Source: a virus (taxonomy: Duplodnaviria > Caudoviricetes). From it: a stretch of DNA of 42,087 nucleotides. The DNA lies in the IMG/VR virus record IMGVR_UViG_3300032266_000400, positions 1-42,087 of that record, one strand, 5' to 3'. Position 1 is the first letter of the stretch; every line of letters starts with the position of its first letter. Below the pieces are notes generated by a model. That model did not search any database, was not told the origin of the DNA, and saw only the letters and a list, made by a program, of their open reading frames with translations. Below, one piece after another: positions 5,936 through 16,137 of the stretch. A program made the position numbers and the translations under genes.

Positions 5936-7337
5936 AGCAAAATTGTCACCTACTTTTTGTGCTTTACCATGGATGCATCTAAGTAGTAGACCAGATGGCA
6001 AGATGCGTACTTGTTGTACTAGTAATGCTAGTTCTGTGCAAGACCCTGATTCTAATTTAAAGATTGGCGGAGGAGAGGTTGGAGTAGTGCGAAACGATGA
6101 TGGAATACCTGCTAACTTTAATCATACCAGTCTAGAAGAAGCATGGAACTCTAGCTATATGCGTAATGTACGCAAGATGATGCTGCGAGGAGAAAAACCG
6201 GCAAGTTGTTTAAAATGCTACAAGGAAGAAGATGCAGGTCATCTAAGCAAACGTAATTGGGAAACTAATTATTGGGCTGACAGATTCAACTTAAATGAAT
6301 TGATAGACGAGACTGATGCCAATGGTAAGATTCCACCAAAGATACGTTATATTGATTTGCGTATGGGAAGCAAATGCCAATTAGCATGTGTTATGTGTAG
6401 CCCGCATGATAGTTCTGGTTGGATCAAAGAATGGAACTCTATATTTCCAAAGATACAAAATGATAAATTAAAAAACACAAGTCAATGGGAAAACAAAGGA
6501 CAGAACGACGGTGCTAGTTATAATTGGCATAAAAATAATCCAAAATTTTGGAATGATTTATACGCACAAATTCCACATATGTATCAATTATACTTTGCCG
6601 GCGGTGAGAGTTTGATAATCGAAGAACACTATGATTTGCTTGAAGAATGTATTAAAAGGGGATATGCTAAAAATATAGAATTACGTTATAACTCAAATGC
6701 AGTTGAATGGCGTGATAATTTATTTGACCTTTGGAAAGAGTTCAAACGAATTAGATTTCATTATAGTATAGATGCATACGGGGAACAAAATGACTATATA
6801 AGATACCCTAGTAACTGGAAACACCAAGAAGAAGTATTTTGGAAATTAGACAATACTGCACCCCAAATAGAAATTACCACAGCGACTACGCTCATGGCAT
6901 TAAATGTAGGTACTATCCCAGAGTTTACTAAATGGAAAATAGAGCAAGGATTCAAGAAGATTAATCGCTGGCCTTTGGGTGCAGGTGGAATAAATATGCA
7001 CTTTGCTTATTGGCCACCTCAACTCAATGTAAAAGTATTGCCAGCTAGTGTTAAAAAGACTATTACTGAAAAATATGAAAACGAGTTCTATCCATGGATA
7101 GATGAAAACTGGAACAAATTTACTGGGGTAGCTGAACAAGGGATATCTAAAGAAACATTTTTAGAAAACCCATATGGCATAAAAAGATTTAAAGGGATAA
7201 TTAATTTTATGAATTCTGAGGATTGGAGTCAACGTTTGCCCGAAACTAAAGAATACATCAATTTAATAAATGCACAGCGAGGATGGAGTGATAAATTCTT
7301 GCAAGTATTTCCTTTGTTTGAGAGAGTGATGAAATAA
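5925..7337 (+). CDS. radical SAM protein with N-terminal twitch-like Cys domain
   Basis: FCALPW..CC..CLKC then CQLACVMC, AGGES, YNSN, SIDA. Confidence 0.88.
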   Translation: MTDKAKLSPTFCALPWMHLSSRPDGKMRTCCTSNASSVQDPDSNLKIGGGEVGVVRNDDGIPANFNHTSLEEAWNSSYMRNVRKMMLRGEKPASCLKCYKEEDAGHLSKRNWETNYWADRFNLNELIDETDANGKIPPKIRYIDLRMGSKCQLACVMCSPHDSSGWIKEWNSIFPKIQNDKLKNTSQWENKGQNDGASYNWHKNNPKFWNDLYAQIPHMYQLYFAGGESLIIEEHYDLLEECIKRGYAKNIELRYNSNAVEWRDNLFDLWKEFKRIRFHYSIDAYGEQNDYIRYPSNWKHQEEVFWKLDNTAPQIEITTATTLMALNVGTIPEFTKWKIEQGFKKINRWPLGAGGINMHFAYWPPQLNVKVLPASVKKTITEKYENEFYPWIDENWNKFTGVAEQGISKETFLENPYGIKRFKGIINFMNSEDWSQRLPETKEYINLINAQRGWSDKFLQVFPLFERVMK

Positions 7338-7338
7338 T

Positions 7339-7920
7339 ATGAATTTTAAATTTAATAACGAAATTCCAGGATATGCATGCCGGGAAGAATGTGAAACGAT
7401 ATGCAATATCATTGGTAAAGGTGAATACTATAATATACTTGAGGTAGGATGTTTTACTGGAAGATTAACGTGGAGTTTGTGTCAAACCTTTACTGATGCA
7501 CAAATTACTGTATTGGATATATGGGAAGGACAAATTGATTTTATGTTTACCAAAGAAGCATCTGGTCCTAGAAATTATATCAATTATTTTAGAGATGAAA
7601 AATTTATCAATAAAAGAAACACCCCGGAGTTTTTTAATTCACTGCAAGAAGGACATACTAACTTAACTGTAATACATGATAACTTTTATAATTACAATAC
7701 ACAACATGATGTAATAATATTAGGAGCAGATGATAAAAAAATGATGCATGAAAATTTAATTGATCATGCATTATTATTACGTCCTAAACTTATTATTGGC
7801 AGACATGCTCACAGTCATAAACCAATAATAAATAAAGCATTAGAACTGTATGAAATAGAACGATACGACCCGTACGGGGTTTATGTCGTTAAAAACAAAA
7901 AGGATACATTTAATGAGTAA
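7339..7920 (+). CDS. class I SAM-dependent methyltransferase
   Basis: ILEVGCFTG motif I; VLDIW motif II. Confidence 0.7.
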   Translation: MNFKFNNEIPGYACREECETICNIIGKGEYYNILEVGCFTGRLTWSLCQTFTDAQITVLDIWEGQIDFMFTKEASGPRNYINYFRDEKFINKRNTPEFFNSLQEGHTNLTVIHDNFYNYNTQHDVIILGADDKKMMHENLIDHALLLRPKLIIGRHAHSHKPIINKALELYEIERYDPYGVYVVKNKKDTFNE

Positions 7921-9271
7921 TGGAACATTCTGTCCACTTCCTTGGAACAGTATTAATTTAAGAAACAATGGTGATTTACGCATTTGCTGTAATACAAATA
8001 GTTATAGTCCTAAAAAAGGAATTATGCGTAAGGATGACGGTACCCCTTACAATGCAGGCAAAGATGATTGGAACGAAGCACGTAACGCTAGTCTATTGAA
8101 AGAAGTTAGAGCAAGCATGTTAAAAGGCGAGTGGAATCCAGAATGTGAACGTTGCCGACAAGAAGAAACAAACGGTATTCGTTCACGTAGAGAATATGAA
8201 GCTGAGGATTGGGGAAAGTGGCTTGGAAATTTTATTGATTTAGAAAAAGCAAAATCAATGACTGAAGAAGATGGTACTTTAGATACAAGTAAACAAGATA
8301 TTAATTTTATCGACATAAGGTATGGAAATTTTTGCAATCTTAAATGTCGCATGTGTGGACCTACTGACAGTCATCAATGGTACAATGATTTTGTGGAATT
8401 ACGAAATACAACATCATATATGGACACGCATGATAAAGTACAATTGGTAAAAAATCAAGATGGTAGATGGACAACTGGTCAATACGATTGGTTTCAAAAT
8501 AATGATAAGTATTGGGAAAATTTTGAAAAATATGCTACCACTGCACACAAATTATATATAGTCGGTGGTGAACCATTGATAATTGATGAGCATCTAGAAA
8601 GTATTGAACGTTTGGTGGCTAGCGGTAATGCAAAAAACATTAGATTAGAATACAATACCAATCTAACAATTCTTCCAAACAAATTAGTAAAATTATGGGA
8701 AAATTTTAAAGAGATTAGAATAGGAGCTAGCATTGACGGAATTGGTGAAGTGTTTAACTACCAAAGAACCCCTGCAAATTTTGATCAAGTTTATAATAAC
8801 ATGATGAAACTAAACAATAATGAAAACATAAAATTAAAAGCATGGTTTGCACTTACAGTAACACCATATAATGTATTTCATTTTCCAGAGTTTATGAAAT
8901 GGAAATTAACTACTAGTGGATTAACTAAATTTAATCCTACCAAAGATTACAGACCTATCGTGTCGCATCACATGTGCCATGCTCCAAAACATTTCAATAT
9001 TAAAGTTCTGCCGGCACATTTAAAACAACAAGTAGTAGAACATTATCAAATGTATATTGATTGGATTAATTCAACTGACATGACAGATCATGTTAAAAAA
9101 GAATTTATTAAAATATCAAATGGTGTTACTAAATTTATGAATTCAGAAGATTATAGTGATCAATGGTTAAATGAGTTTATAACTTTTACAAACAAAGTAG
9201 ATGCTTTACGTGGACAAGATATACGAACAATTGTACCACAATTTAAGGATATGTTTGATGCAAGTAAATAG
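7913..9271 (+). CDS. radical SAM protein with N-terminal twitch-like Cys domain
   Basis: FCPLPW..CC..CERC, CNLKCRMC, VGGEP, YNTN, SIDG; start moved to ATG 7913 (AGGA SD upstream). Confidence 0.88.
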   Translation: MSNGTFCPLPWNSINLRNNGDLRICCNTNSYSPKKGIMRKDDGTPYNAGKDDWNEARNASLLKEVRASMLKGEWNPECERCRQEETNGIRSRREYEAEDWGKWLGNFIDLEKAKSMTEEDGTLDTSKQDINFIDIRYGNFCNLKCRMCGPTDSHQWYNDFVELRNTTSYMDTHDKVQLVKNQDGRWTTGQYDWFQNNDKYWENFEKYATTAHKLYIVGGEPLIIDEHLESIERLVASGNAKNIRLEYNTNLTILPNKLVKLWENFKEIRIGASIDGIGEVFNYQRTPANFDQVYNNMMKLNNNENIKLKAWFALTVTPYNVFHFPEFMKWKLTTSGLTKFNPTKDYRPIVSHHMCHAPKHFNIKVLPAHLKQQVVEHYQMYIDWINSTDMTDHVKKEFIKISNGVTKFMNSEDYSDQWLNEFITFTNKVDALRGQDIRTIVPQFKDMFDASK

Positions 9272-10190
9272 ATATGAAGATATAACTTTTGATATGTTGG
9301 GTACACGCCGAGCGCGCCCTATGAATCTGTCAAAATTTGCTAAATTTAGATCAACTTTAGATATGAAAAATTATCCAAAAGATACTGCTAAATACGCAAA
9401 GAGTTTCTTGATGGAGATTGATCATTGGATCAATCTTCATAAATTTGTTAAATATATCGGGTTAGAATCACTACCTCATCAGAATGTAATTTTAGGAACT
9501 ACGCATCAACTTGATGAATTACATCAATTATACGGAAATCGCATTGTTACTTACGTTGGTGAATACAAATATCATCGTAGATTAACAGATTTTAAAGTAA
9601 AACAAATTAATCATTATAGTGAATTGAGTATTGGAGATGTTTTTATAGTAAGCTATCCAAGTTGTATCACTACTAATTATCACACTGATTTTGATCTGTT
9701 GTTAGATCATTGTCTTGTCAATAAAATACCTGTACATATAGACGGGGCTTGGTTTGGACAATGCCGTAATTTTGAGTTAGATGTTACACATCCTGCAATA
9801 GAAAGCGTTAGTGTAAGTTTAAGCAAAGCATTGGCAATGGGGAGTCAGCGTATAGGAATTAGATATTCTCGCAACAAAATATTAGGCCCAATTAGTATTA
9901 TGAATGATTTTGAATATTGCAATGTTAGTGATATGTGGATAGGAGTAGAATCAATGAGACACTTTGGACCTGATTATTGGTGGAGTAATTATAGTGAGTT
10001 GTATTCTAAAGTCTGTAATGATTTTAACTTAGAAGAAGCAGATAGTATCCATGTAGGGTGGCTCAATAATAATACAGGGAAGCATCAATTTGGAGTAAGA
10101 ACTCCATTACGCATGTTAATTGAAGGAATATTTGATGAGCGTGGCACCGACAATGGATTAAACAAGATTGAAAGAGAAGAACGCAGATGA
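9258..10190 (+). CDS. PLP-dependent (fold type I) aminotransferase/lyase-like protein
   Basis: SYP, HIDGAW, SLSK (Schiff-base Lys), RIG motifs; start ATG 9258 with AAGGA SD. Confidence 0.72.
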   Translation: MQVNRYEDITFDMLGTRRARPMNLSKFAKFRSTLDMKNYPKDTAKYAKSFLMEIDHWINLHKFVKYIGLESLPHQNVILGTTHQLDELHQLYGNRIVTYVGEYKYHRRLTDFKVKQINHYSELSIGDVFIVSYPSCITTNYHTDFDLLLDHCLVNKIPVHIDGAWFGQCRNFELDVTHPAIESVSVSLSKALAMGSQRIGIRYSRNKILGPISIMNDFEYCNVSDMWIGVESMRHFGPDYWWSNYSELYSKVCNDFNLEEADSIHVGWLNNNTGKHQFGVRTPLRMLIEGIFDERGTDNGLNKIEREERR

Positions 10191-10870
10191 TATACGGTTC
10201 CTACAATATAGATTTAGATATTGAATTTTATAGGAACGAGGCTAAAATTTTCTTAGAATCAGAAAAAGTAGAAACAGCTGGAAGATATAATTTTAATAAA
10301 TTTATTAGTCTTACTAAAGAGTCTAAAATAGATTTAACTAAATATTTTGCCAATACATTGGCAAGAGACTATGATTGGCATTGGGAATATTTTCATTCAG
10401 GACAACCGGTTGGATTACATACTGATTACACTGCATTTCCCAATGTTTGGAACACAGCAGCAAAACAAGAATGTCATGTAGTAGTAGGAATAATCATTCC
10501 ACTTGAGTGGAATTCAAAACAACCATACACTGTAAATTATAATAAAATAACAGATGTTCCTCGAAAATTAAAATATATGGAAGGTGAGATGAGGTACGTT
10601 GATAATTATGAAATTTTTAACTATAGAGATAAATGGGAATATGATACTGAATCATTAGTATACAATCCTAAAAAAACTGAAAATTATAAACAATTCGCCG
10701 ATCTAAAAATTCATAGTGTATATAAATGGGAAATAGGAACGGCAATGGTATTTGACACTAAAAGATGGCATAGTAGCAGTTGGTTTTTATCTGATGCTGA
10801 ATTACCAAAAGTTTCGGTTGAATATAAAAGAAGTATATTAGGTCTTGGGTCAATTAACATAAATAAATAA
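10187..10870 (+). CDS. 2OG-Fe(II) oxygenase-like protein
   Basis: HTD..IIIPL..W.IG.AMVFD...WHSS..KRS; paralog of 15511-16137. Confidence 0.65.
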   Translation: MIYGSYNIDLDIEFYRNEAKIFLESEKVETAGRYNFNKFISLTKESKIDLTKYFANTLARDYDWHWEYFHSGQPVGLHTDYTAFPNVWNTAAKQECHVVVGIIIPLEWNSKQPYTVNYNKITDVPRKLKYMEGEMRYVDNYEIFNYRDKWEYDTESLVYNPKKTENYKQFADLKIHSVYKWEIGTAMVFDTKRWHSSSWFLSDAELPKVSVEYKRSILGLGSININK

Positions 10871-10877
10871 AAATATC

Positions 10878-12014
10878 ATGACCGATAAAAAAGATGTTTG
10901 GTGCTCGTTACTTTGGACTCATGTCTGCATAAGATTAGATAATAAATTACAGCCTTGCTGTAGGTGGTTGGGTGGTGATACCATAACATTTGAACAACTT
11001 GAAAAATACGGTATTTCAGGATTAAACACTGATTATCTAAAACAAGTGCGAAAAGATATGTTAAATGGCATACCTCGCAAAGAATGTGACAAATGCTATC
11101 ACGAGGAAAACGCTGTTAACAAAGATAATAAAAAATTATCAATGCGACAACGTGCAAACATGCGAGATAATGTATCAAGAGAAAAATGTACCGAAGAATT
11201 TGATTCAATAAGATATATTGAAATGTCAGTAGATAATATTTGTAATCTAGAATGCAAAATGTGTGATAGTAAATTCAGCAGTAAATTACAAAGTAGAGAT
11301 AAATTTTTAGGAGATTTAGTTTACAAAAAGTTAGAACCAAAATTTAATAAATTTGACAATATTGACATATCCAAAGTAACTCGTGTTAAAATTTTAGGTG
11401 GTGAAGCATTCGTATCACCAAATTTCATTAAGTTTATTGATTATCTAATTGAGCGTACTAATCCAAACGATGTAACTATAGAAATTGCAACTAATGGATC
11501 ATGCGTTCCTGATAAAGAAATTATTGAAAAATTAAATCTTTTTAAAAATTTAGAGATAGGTGTTAGCTTAGATAGCTTTGATAAATCAAATGATTATCAA
11601 CGGTACGGTGGTTCATATTTAGAAACTTTTAACAATGCAATTTTATACAGAACCATTTTTAAAAATGTGCATGTTTTTACACATTCAGTAATAACTTTAT
11701 TAAATGCTAATACATTAGGCAATACTATCAATAAGTTAGAAAAACATTTTAGTACAACAATTGATTTTTTAAGAGCACCAATGCATTTATCAATTTTATA
11801 TGCCCCAAAAGAATATTTAGATTGGATTGTAGAATCAAATAGTCATAATGAAAAAGCAAGTTTGATGATAAATTCGATTATTAAAAGAAATACATATGAT
11901 GAAGTAGAATGGAATAAATTTTTAGATAGTATAAAAAAACTTGATAATTACTATAACATAGAATTAAAAGATTTCAATCAACCATTGGCAAATTTTTTAT
12001 TGAATTTTAAATGA
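10878..12014 (+). CDS. radical SAM protein with N-terminal twitch-like Cys domain
   Basis: WCSLLW..PCC..CDKC, CNLECKMC, LGGEA, TNG, SLD. Confidence 0.87.
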   Translation: MTDKKDVWCSLLWTHVCIRLDNKLQPCCRWLGGDTITFEQLEKYGISGLNTDYLKQVRKDMLNGIPRKECDKCYHEENAVNKDNKKLSMRQRANMRDNVSREKCTEEFDSIRYIEMSVDNICNLECKMCDSKFSSKLQSRDKFLGDLVYKKLEPKFNKFDNIDISKVTRVKILGGEAFVSPNFIKFIDYLIERTNPNDVTIEIATNGSCVPDKEIIEKLNLFKNLEIGVSLDSFDKSNDYQRYGGSYLETFNNAILYRTIFKNVHVFTHSVITLLNANTLGNTINKLEKHFSTTIDFLRAPMHLSILYAPKEYLDWIVESNSHNEKASLMINSIIKRNTYDEVEWNKFLDSIKKLDNYYNIELKDFNQPLANFLLNFK

Positions 12015-13123
12015 CTGACTTAAAACATAGCGAATACGACTTTACTAAAATACCATTTAAGGATATAGTGCAAGTAGGACAACGCACTCTACTATATCGT
12101 GACTTGTTTACTGTCAGTTGGTTATTAGGTAGATTCTGCAACTACAAGTGTAGCTATTGCTGGCCATACGCACGTAGCGACAAGAAGGACCATAGGCCTA
12201 CAGAATTATGTTTAAGTACAATAGATGAGATTAAACGACAAGCTAGGGGTAACGGGTTCAATAGTTTTCATTTTAGCCTGAGTGGGGGTGAACCTACGTT
12301 TCATCCTGGCTATCTAGATATACTCAAGTATCTAGCAGATGATGTAGATAACACAAATTATACTAGTATACACATGACTAGTAATTGTTCTAGAAACATG
12401 AAATGGTTTGAGACGTATGTAGAACATGCTAAGAAGTTTCATCGTGCTAGTATTACAGCAAGTCTGCATACCGAACACTTAGATACAACCGAGAAGATGC
12501 AAGACTTTGCAGACAAATTGATATTCTGTCAAGAGCATGATGTACAGATAACTATCAACATGGTTATGGTTCCCGCATGGTTCGACAGAGATTATGATAA
12601 CGCATTATTTTTTCACAACCAAGGTATCAATGTGACATTGAAGCCCCAAAGTGATCCTACTGCTAACTATGTAGTTAGTGGATACACCGACGAACAGATG
12701 AAACAATTGCACAATGGTATGCCCCAACGTGCATATACTGAAGTTAAGCGTATTTGGAAAGATAGACCTATACCTAAATTTCAAATGCCACCAAATACAT
12801 TAAATAGTAATGATGCATCAGTTCCTGCAAATATGCAAGTTGAGTTTACTGACAGCACAGGCAAAAAATGGTATATGGATCAAGCAGAAAGATTCAATGC
12901 GTTTGGATTCAACAATTTTAAAGGTTGGATGTGCAACAGTGGATTTCAAGGTATAGTTATCAGAGAGCCAGATGGTAATATAAAACGTAGTTATAGCTGT
13001 ACTGATATTCCATTGGGAAACATAGAGACTGGATTCAAATTATTTGATAGGCCTATGATTTGCATCAGTCCTAATTGTGTTAGTAGTGCAGATAGTAAAT
13101 TACCAAAAAGATTAATAAAATGA
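12011..13123 (+). CDS. radical SAM protein with C-terminal Cys cluster
   Basis: CNYKCSYC, SGGEPT, TSN, C-terminal C..C..CISPNC. Confidence 0.88.
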   Translation: MTDLKHSEYDFTKIPFKDIVQVGQRTLLYRDLFTVSWLLGRFCNYKCSYCWPYARSDKKDHRPTELCLSTIDEIKRQARGNGFNSFHFSLSGGEPTFHPGYLDILKYLADDVDNTNYTSIHMTSNCSRNMKWFETYVEHAKKFHRASITASLHTEHLDTTEKMQDFADKLIFCQEHDVQITINMVMVPAWFDRDYDNALFFHNQGINVTLKPQSDPTANYVVSGYTDEQMKQLHNGMPQRAYTEVKRIWKDRPIPKFQMPPNTLNSNDASVPANMQVEFTDSTGKKWYMDQAERFNAFGFNNFKGWMCNSGFQGIVIREPDGNIKRSYSCTDIPLGNIETGFKLFDRPMICISPNCVSSADSKLPKRLIK

Positions 13124-13692
13124 AATACTTCAATGAAATTGAACTTCCTGCATATACAGAATTGCATAACGAATTGAATAGATTATTAGAATCTAAAACA
13201 ATTGCATGGCATATTAGACAAATATGTTTGAATACTACCGTAAATGAGCCTGATAATTATGTTTTGGGTTGTGGTAGTTTAGTTTATGATTGGGAAAACT
13301 TAAAAGAAGAACTTACCTCGTCCGGCGAACTTAAGTTAGTGGTTCCTAAAAAAGAAAATGTAATTCAAGATTCTGATTTTACTATTCTATGTAGTCAATT
13401 TAAAAATACATTATTTGAACAAGTTTACAATACCGTTGCGGAAAAATTTAATATTGGCAGATTTAGATTGATGATGATCAATCCTAAAACTTGTTTGAGT
13501 TGGCACACAGATTCTTCACGTAGATTACACTACCCTATCAAAACGCAAGAAGGTTGTTTAATGATTATAGAAGATGAAGTATTTCATTTGAAACAAGATA
13601 TTTGGTATATGGCTGACACAACATATAAACATACTGCATTAAATGCTTCTAAAGAAACTAGAATTCATTTAGTAGTAGAGATTAAGGCATGA
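13120..13692 (+). CDS. Asp/Asn beta-hydroxylase-like 2OG-Fe(II) oxygenase
   Basis: WHTD..RLHYPI..HTALN..RIHLV. Confidence 0.75.
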   Translation: MKYFNEIELPAYTELHNELNRLLESKTIAWHIRQICLNTTVNEPDNYVLGCGSLVYDWENLKEELTSSGELKLVVPKKENVIQDSDFTILCSQFKNTLFEQVYNTVAEKFNIGRFRLMMINPKTCLSWHTDSSRRLHYPIKTQEGCLMIIEDEVFHLKQDIWYMADTTYKHTALNASKETRIHLVVEIKA

Positions 13693-14113
13693 TTTTGACC
13701 ATAGCAATATGGTCGTTTGTCCAAGCAGCATCTAGTTCAGTAAAGTTGTGTTTGATGGCCCAATCATAATGCGTATCTCTGACCCATCCAAATAATTTGC
13801 CTTGATGTATCCAATCTGTATTCCATGCAGATTCTAATAGATACCAACCTAAATCTTTACCCCGGTATTCTTTTCTTATGTTTAGTGTTCTATATCTAAC
13901 TAATTCAGTAGACCATTTAACTAGTTGAGTTGCACCTATCAACTTGTCATTGTCATATAACCCATATGCTATCCTAATAGGGTCAACTTCTTGTGTAGTA
14001 TGAGGACCCAATGTTTTAATTATCTCTACTATTTTTTTATTAGGATCTTTAAAATGGTCAACTTCTAACCAATAATTCTTAAGAGTAAGAAAATCTATTT
14101 GTTTAATAACCAT
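13682..14113 (-). CDS. GNAT-family acetyltransferase
   Basis: Motif A IRKEYRGKDLG; C-terminal KHNF. Confidence 0.75.
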   Translation of the reverse strand: MVIKQIDFLTLKNYWLEVDHFKDPNKKIVEIIKTLGPHTTQEVDPIRIAYGLYDNDKLIGATQLVKWSTELVRYRTLNIRKEYRGKDLGWYLLESAWNTDWIHQGKLFGWVRDTHYDWAIKHNFTELDAAWTNDHIAMVKIMP

Positions 14114-14982
14114 GGGTTCTCTACTCTTTTTGCGTTTATAATATCTTCACTAGTTAAATTTTCATTTTGTAGCAATTGTGCTATGCCTATTCTATTTACT
14201 AGTTTGTTTCTACTAAATTTATCCCACTCACTTGAATATGAATGACAAAGGAATACAGTAGAACTTGCTGTTAATCCCAATACTTTTGCTATCCATTCTT
14301 GTTTATGTCTGTATTTGTCAAACATATAATCAGCAGTAAAATTAGAAATTATAGGCATGTGTATATTGATAGATATATGATTTACATATTCATATTCGTT
14401 TAAAACTTGCATGGGAGTGTTTTTAACATCACGATGATAACATAAACCTATCTTACATTTGCCTGTAGCAAATGTTTTAGATAGACTAAATGCTACCATT
14501 TTAATGCACGGTCTATCAACATTTATATTAGGAACTTTAGCAATACCAAAATATGCCATGTCTATTAATACAGGAATGTCTAAAGAATCACACACATCAA
14601 TGATATCATCAAAGTTTAAATATTTTTCACCATTTGCTGAATAAGGATAACTGATGATTAATTTATTTCCATGTTCTAAATCAGAAACTTTCTCTATCGT
14701 TTTTATATTTGTACTTGCGTGGAAGGGGTATTCGCCTTTAAAAACAACTGTATTATATTCTTTGAATGCATGTTCAAAGTTATAAAATGCACCTGTAACC
14801 CCGTCTGTTATAGATTTCTCATATAGTTCAAGCCCATAGACTATAAAATTTTTACTAGAAATAATCCAATCATGGTATTTTTCTTTAAAATCATTTATTG
14901 AATTTTTATACCATATATTGTTTGTATTCAAATATGGAATTACTAGATTATCTTCAATTGGCAATGGCTTGTATGTTATCAT
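14095..14982 (-). CDS. PLP-dependent (fold type I) aminotransferase/lyase-like protein
   Basis: GVT, GEYPFH, ISYP, IDMAY, FSLSK; paralog of 9258-10190. Confidence 0.75.
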   Translation of the reverse strand: MITYKPLPIEDNLVIPYLNTNNIWYKNSINDFKEKYHDWIISSKNFIVYGLELYEKSITDGVTGAFYNFEHAFKEYNTVVFKGEYPFHASTNIKTIEKVSDLEHGNKLIISYPYSANGEKYLNFDDIIDVCDSLDIPVLIDMAYFGIAKVPNINVDRPCIKMVAFSLSKTFATGKCKIGLCYHRDVKNTPMQVLNEYEYVNHISINIHMPIISNFTADYMFDKYRHKQEWIAKVLGLTASSTVFLCHSYSSEWDKFSRNKLVNRIGIAQLLQNENLTSEDIINAKRVENPWLLNK

Positions 14983-15518
14983 AATAATTCTCTAAGTTTA
15001 TTAGATAGATTTTTATTTATTTTAGATAGCCAAACATCATAGCTTTTGAGTTCCATTTCGATATTATTAGGTCTATGTTCTGCCCACTTGAAATCAAAAG
15101 CAACTAATTGATTTTTATTTAGCGTTAAATTACTTAAACTACCATTGCATTTAAATACATTATTCTTCTTAAAGAATTTATACATTTCTATAATTTGTTC
15201 TTCAATGTCAGGCACTACTTTATGTAATGCAGGTAAGCTATATAAGAGACAATCCCCCGTGAACTCTTGTAGTATAGTTTTATTTTCTTTATCAATATCT
15301 AATGTTTTAGGAATCCATTCACTTTGTAATTTAGACAACCAATATATTTCATTATCAAAAAAACTGTCTATTTCTTGAGGTGATTTTTTAGTCATATTTC
15401 CATTGACTGTGATGGCATCATATTTATATTGTCTTTTGATAATGTTGTTTACATGGTCAATGTGAACTTCTACGCATGTTCCTAAATTAGGCAAAGGAGA
15501 TTTGTATAATTCAAACAT
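14979..15518 (-). CDS. minimal protein-kinase-like fold protein with atypical catalytic loop
   Basis: IIKR (beta3 Lys), NE (alphaC Glu), LQEF hinge, KCNGSLSNL loop, AFDF. Confidence 0.55.
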   Translation of the reverse strand: MFELYKSPLPNLGTCVEVHIDHVNNIIKRQYKYDAITVNGNMTKKSPQEIDSFFDNEIYWLSKLQSEWIPKTLDIDKENKTILQEFTGDCLLYSLPALHKVVPDIEEQIIEMYKFFKKNNVFKCNGSLSNLTLNKNQLVAFDFKWAEHRPNNIEMELKSYDVWLSKINKNLSNKLRELL

Positions 15519-16137
15519 CACTTAAAAATATAGAAAGACCTTTTTTTACCCCATTAAAATAACTAGCTGAATGTAATAAACTGCTGTCAAAGACTAATAC
15601 ATCACCTATCTTCCACGGGACTACTTGTTTTATAGATAAACCAAATAGATTTTCATACGGTAAATGAATTAGATATTTAAAATAATCATCCTTGTCAAAT
15701 GGTTGATTAGTATATCCTTCTAGTGTTTCATAATCAGTTTTTCGTAAATTATATACTGGATCAGGCATGTATTTAAACAAACTGCCTTTCCAAAAATGAC
15801 TAGCTTCACCGTAGTGTCGTTGATTAAATATAACTGTGTTAAAATCTACTTGTTCGTTCAACGGAATAACAATATTATAGGTAGATTTAAGTCCGTTTAA
15901 GTTTGAGATTTTTCCAGTGTCAGTATGTACTTGAAATGGATTTGGCGTTTCAAAGAAATTTCCGCCGTGAATAGTTCCCGAAATCTTTAATTTTTCAATT
16001 ATCCAATTAGCATCTTTATGTGTGTAAATAACATTTTTTACCCCGGCCATTTTTTCTACTTTTCTGCCAGTATTTTCTAATTGATTTATTTTATCAAAAT
16101 CTTCTTTTGTTAAGAAATTATTATAAATTTTAATCAT
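15511..16137 (-). CDS. 2OG-Fe(II) oxygenase-like protein
   Basis: HTD..IVIPL..WKIGDVLVFD..LLHSA..KK. Confidence 0.7.
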   Translation of the reverse strand: MIKIYNNFLTKEDFDKINQLENTGRKVEKMAGVKNVIYTHKDANWIIEKLKISGTIHGGNFFETPNPFQVHTDTGKISNLNGLKSTYNIVIPLNEQVDFNTVIFNQRHYGEASHFWKGSLFKYMPDPVYNLRKTDYETLEGYTNQPFDKDDYFKYLIHLPYENLFGLSIKQVVPWKIGDVLVFDSSLLHSASYFNGVKKGLSIFLSDV

